NCBI GenBank assembly: GCA_022813865.1
Contig: JALDZX010000026.1
Coordinates: 62,001-126,000, forward strand
From: Xylographa opegraphella
Lineage: Eukaryota
Reading direction: 5' to 3'
DNA length: 64,000 nucleotides
Shown here piece by piece: positions 61,634 to 64,000 of this stretch. The position numbers were made by a program, and so were the translations under genes. Under the pieces are notes generated by a model. The model was given only the letters and a program-made list of their open reading frames with translations, was not told the DNA's origin and ran no database searches. Each line of letters begins with the position of its first letter. Position 1 is the stretch's first letter.

Positions 61634-64000
61634 ATGAGCACTGTCCAGAATGAGACCGATACTGGTCCAGATGAGTCTGATACGGACACTGAAGTCGCTC
61701 AAGATCTGAAGACAGATAACGACAGGTCTATTGGACGCTCGAGGGATGTAGAGCCACCAGCCAACATAGTGCAGATATCGGAGGATGTGCGCCAAGAAGT
61801 GCGAGGAGATGAGAACCAGACCTTCAGTGGGAAACACTCTGGGGCTGGTGGAAATATACAGGACCAAGAGGAGGAGGAGGAAAGCTCTGGGATAGTAAAC
61901 GGGGACGTACTTGCCAGTCCAGGCAAGGAAAGGCCATCAAGTGCTGATGGCTCTTTATCAAACCCGGACGATACACCCTCCATTCAGGTATATGCATACG
62001 CCGGAACGTTATCATGGAGCAGAGTGCTGACCCTAACAGAATTCACTACTTTCATCAGAGGTAAACTATCCTCGGTTATCGGGCCGCGAACCTAGTCCAT
62101 CTCCGTCTCTTCGTCCTTTTGATCGACGCTTCCAAACGCGGCTCTCCCAATCACCTTTGAATTCACCTCGACCCATATCTCCGGCATTCCTAACTGCTCA
62201 CTCTCGCCATCCCTCCGCTCTCAGTCAGCTGGTACATGATAATGGGGACGTAGACACCCCTGATGCCCCCTGGGAGGTAGTGAGATGGACAAAATTGCGG
62301 AAGATGTCTGGTCAGGCGTTTTCAGAGATAGGTAAACGAAAATTTGGCCGTCCAACTTGTATCGCAGTGACCGCTTCCATCGCATTGGGTACCTCGAAAG
62401 GTATGATTTTGATTTTCGACTATCACCAGAATTTGCAAACAATTATTGGTCCAGGTACACAAGGTGATTGCACTCGGAATACTTCCACATCTCCTTTCTT
62501 ACTTACTGACTCCGCACTTAGCTGTTGAAAGTGGTTCAGTGACTTCAATTACATTTTCTGCAGATCATGCTGTAATTGCCGGTGGTCATGCCAATGGAGC
62601 TATATTCACATGGGATACCAGTAGACCTGCGAAACCTCTCTTGCAAGTTCTACCGACAGACCAGGGTCGAGTCCTTGCTTCAGATCATGATGGTCATGTG
62701 TCTGGTGCTGCGGTCCTACACATCGGCTTTCTGGGTCCCAGGCACACTGCGTTTGTGTCTGCAGATGACAAGGGTATGGCGTTCTCTCACTTTGTATCGA
62801 GAGGCATGGGTGCCTTTGCGCGCTCTATAAGAACTACGAGGATACTGGGACGGTACCCGGAGTCAAGTCTGGTGGTCACAAAGCCGAAGAAGCCGAGTTC
62901 CGTGCTAGCTTTCGCACCGTTACCATTGGGAAATGTAACGCTTAACATGGATGATATGGGTCTTGTAGCAATGCTGACCCCCTACTTACTCGTGATTGTA
63001 TCGACGTTACCAGTCGCACAAACTCAGCACAAAGCAAGCAGACCCAAAGAATTAGCCGCCCACAGTACAATGAGTGCTGCACTAGCCTGGTTTCCAGCCA
63101 TGAAGACCAGTGCAGATGATGCTGCAATTCATGCAGACAGTTCTTTTGCAAAGCTTGCGTACTGCTGGTCGAATGTCCTAACCGTTCTTCATGTGCATGA
63201 AGCAGAAGTGTCGGAAGGAAGTACAAAAGACAAGTCTCCTGAGCTGAGGTTCATACCTCGCAAGAGATGGAAGGCGGACGAGGCTATTGTTGCTATTCAG
63301 TGGCTGAGCCGTTCTGTATTGAGTGTCATCACTGTCTCCCAACAGCTGATTATCCTTGAAGACTCTGGTCTTCGAGTTACTGACAGTTCCGACATGATTC
63401 AGAAGCACATATATCATGTTGATTTGTTCTCTCAACAGCTGAGTCAGTTGGTTGAGAAGCTGGATGAGGAAGATACTTCTATGCATGGTGTAGTCGCTGA
63501 TGCGTTCTATATGAGCTACAAGACTTACAAAGGTCGTTTATTCTTGCTCGGCTTCGGTGATGTCTCAATGGGAACCATGTCCAACTGGGCAGATAGACTC
63601 CTTGCGCTTATGGAAGAAGGGAACTTCATTGGTGCGATAGAATTAGCAACTTCTTACTACAATGGGGAAGGGGACAAAGCCACTGTCGGGCTTCCGGAAG
63701 ATGATACTTCAAGGCATTCCGTGGTTCAGGAAAGGCTTTCCGAGATGATGTCTGCTTCACTAAAGTACGCATTTGGGCGGAATCAGAAGGCAAGTACTTC
63801 CAAGTTGGGAGATCGTCAGCTCGAAGAGCTGGCAACTGCTTGCTTCAACGCATGTCTCAGCATCGAAGACATGGAATTTTTGTTCGACGACGTTTATACT
63901 TGGTATTCTGATGATCAAGTCGAAGGTTTATTTTTACAAATCTTGGAGGGCTACATCACAAATGGATCTATCAGGATTCTGCCTCCTTCGGTACTGAAAG
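61634..64000 (+). CDS. VPS8: CORVET subunit Vps8 (5' part, runs off the window)
   Basis: Acidic N-terminus, PWEVVRWTKLRK, GTSKG.ILIFDY.Q, FVSADDKGMAFSH, VAMLTPY and WADRLLAL..G.FI.AI.LA. Confidence 0.88.

Noticed and set aside
1..64000. Transposons, CRISPR arrays, rRNA, and PKS/NRPS/terpene synthase genes
   Set aside because: I saw no transposase or RT motifs, terminal repeats, spaced repeat arrays or core biosynthetic domains.

Overview
Gene-dense, intron-containing DNA from a filamentous ascomycete (Pezizomycotina). Most of the window is housekeeping genes: ATG6, Scm3-domain protein, cysteine synthase, Na+/H+ antiporter, NDUFAF7-type methyltransferase, TFIIS, class I myosin, Sas4, PX protein, CDC26, mitochondrial RRF, Hsp70 SSB, a bromodomain protein, CKS1, Pal1, USB1, DUF3752 and the 5' part of VPS8. 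Two accessory loci stand out. (1) At 15.4-18.1 kb, a divergent gene pair encodes a secreted, Kex2/Ste13-type processed, Tyr-repeat (YxxY) precursor peptide and a DUF3328/UstYa oxidase with both HxxHC motifs. This is a candidate dikaritin-type RiPP system that the ORF track shows only as fragments. (2) At 47.7-59.7 kb, an island between housekeeping genes carries mostly lipid-related genes and no PKS, NRPS or terpene core: FMO, small CxxC protein, CDP-alcohol phosphotransferase, sterol-desaturase-family enzyme, Spinster-like MFS, NmrA-like reductase, atypical P450 and TLC protein. Within it, the CxxC gene and the phosphotransferase are in frame and separated only by one TGA plus three codons. 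Exon models were read by eye from GT/GC-AG and branch signals. Family assignments are motif recognition from memory; no database search was run.
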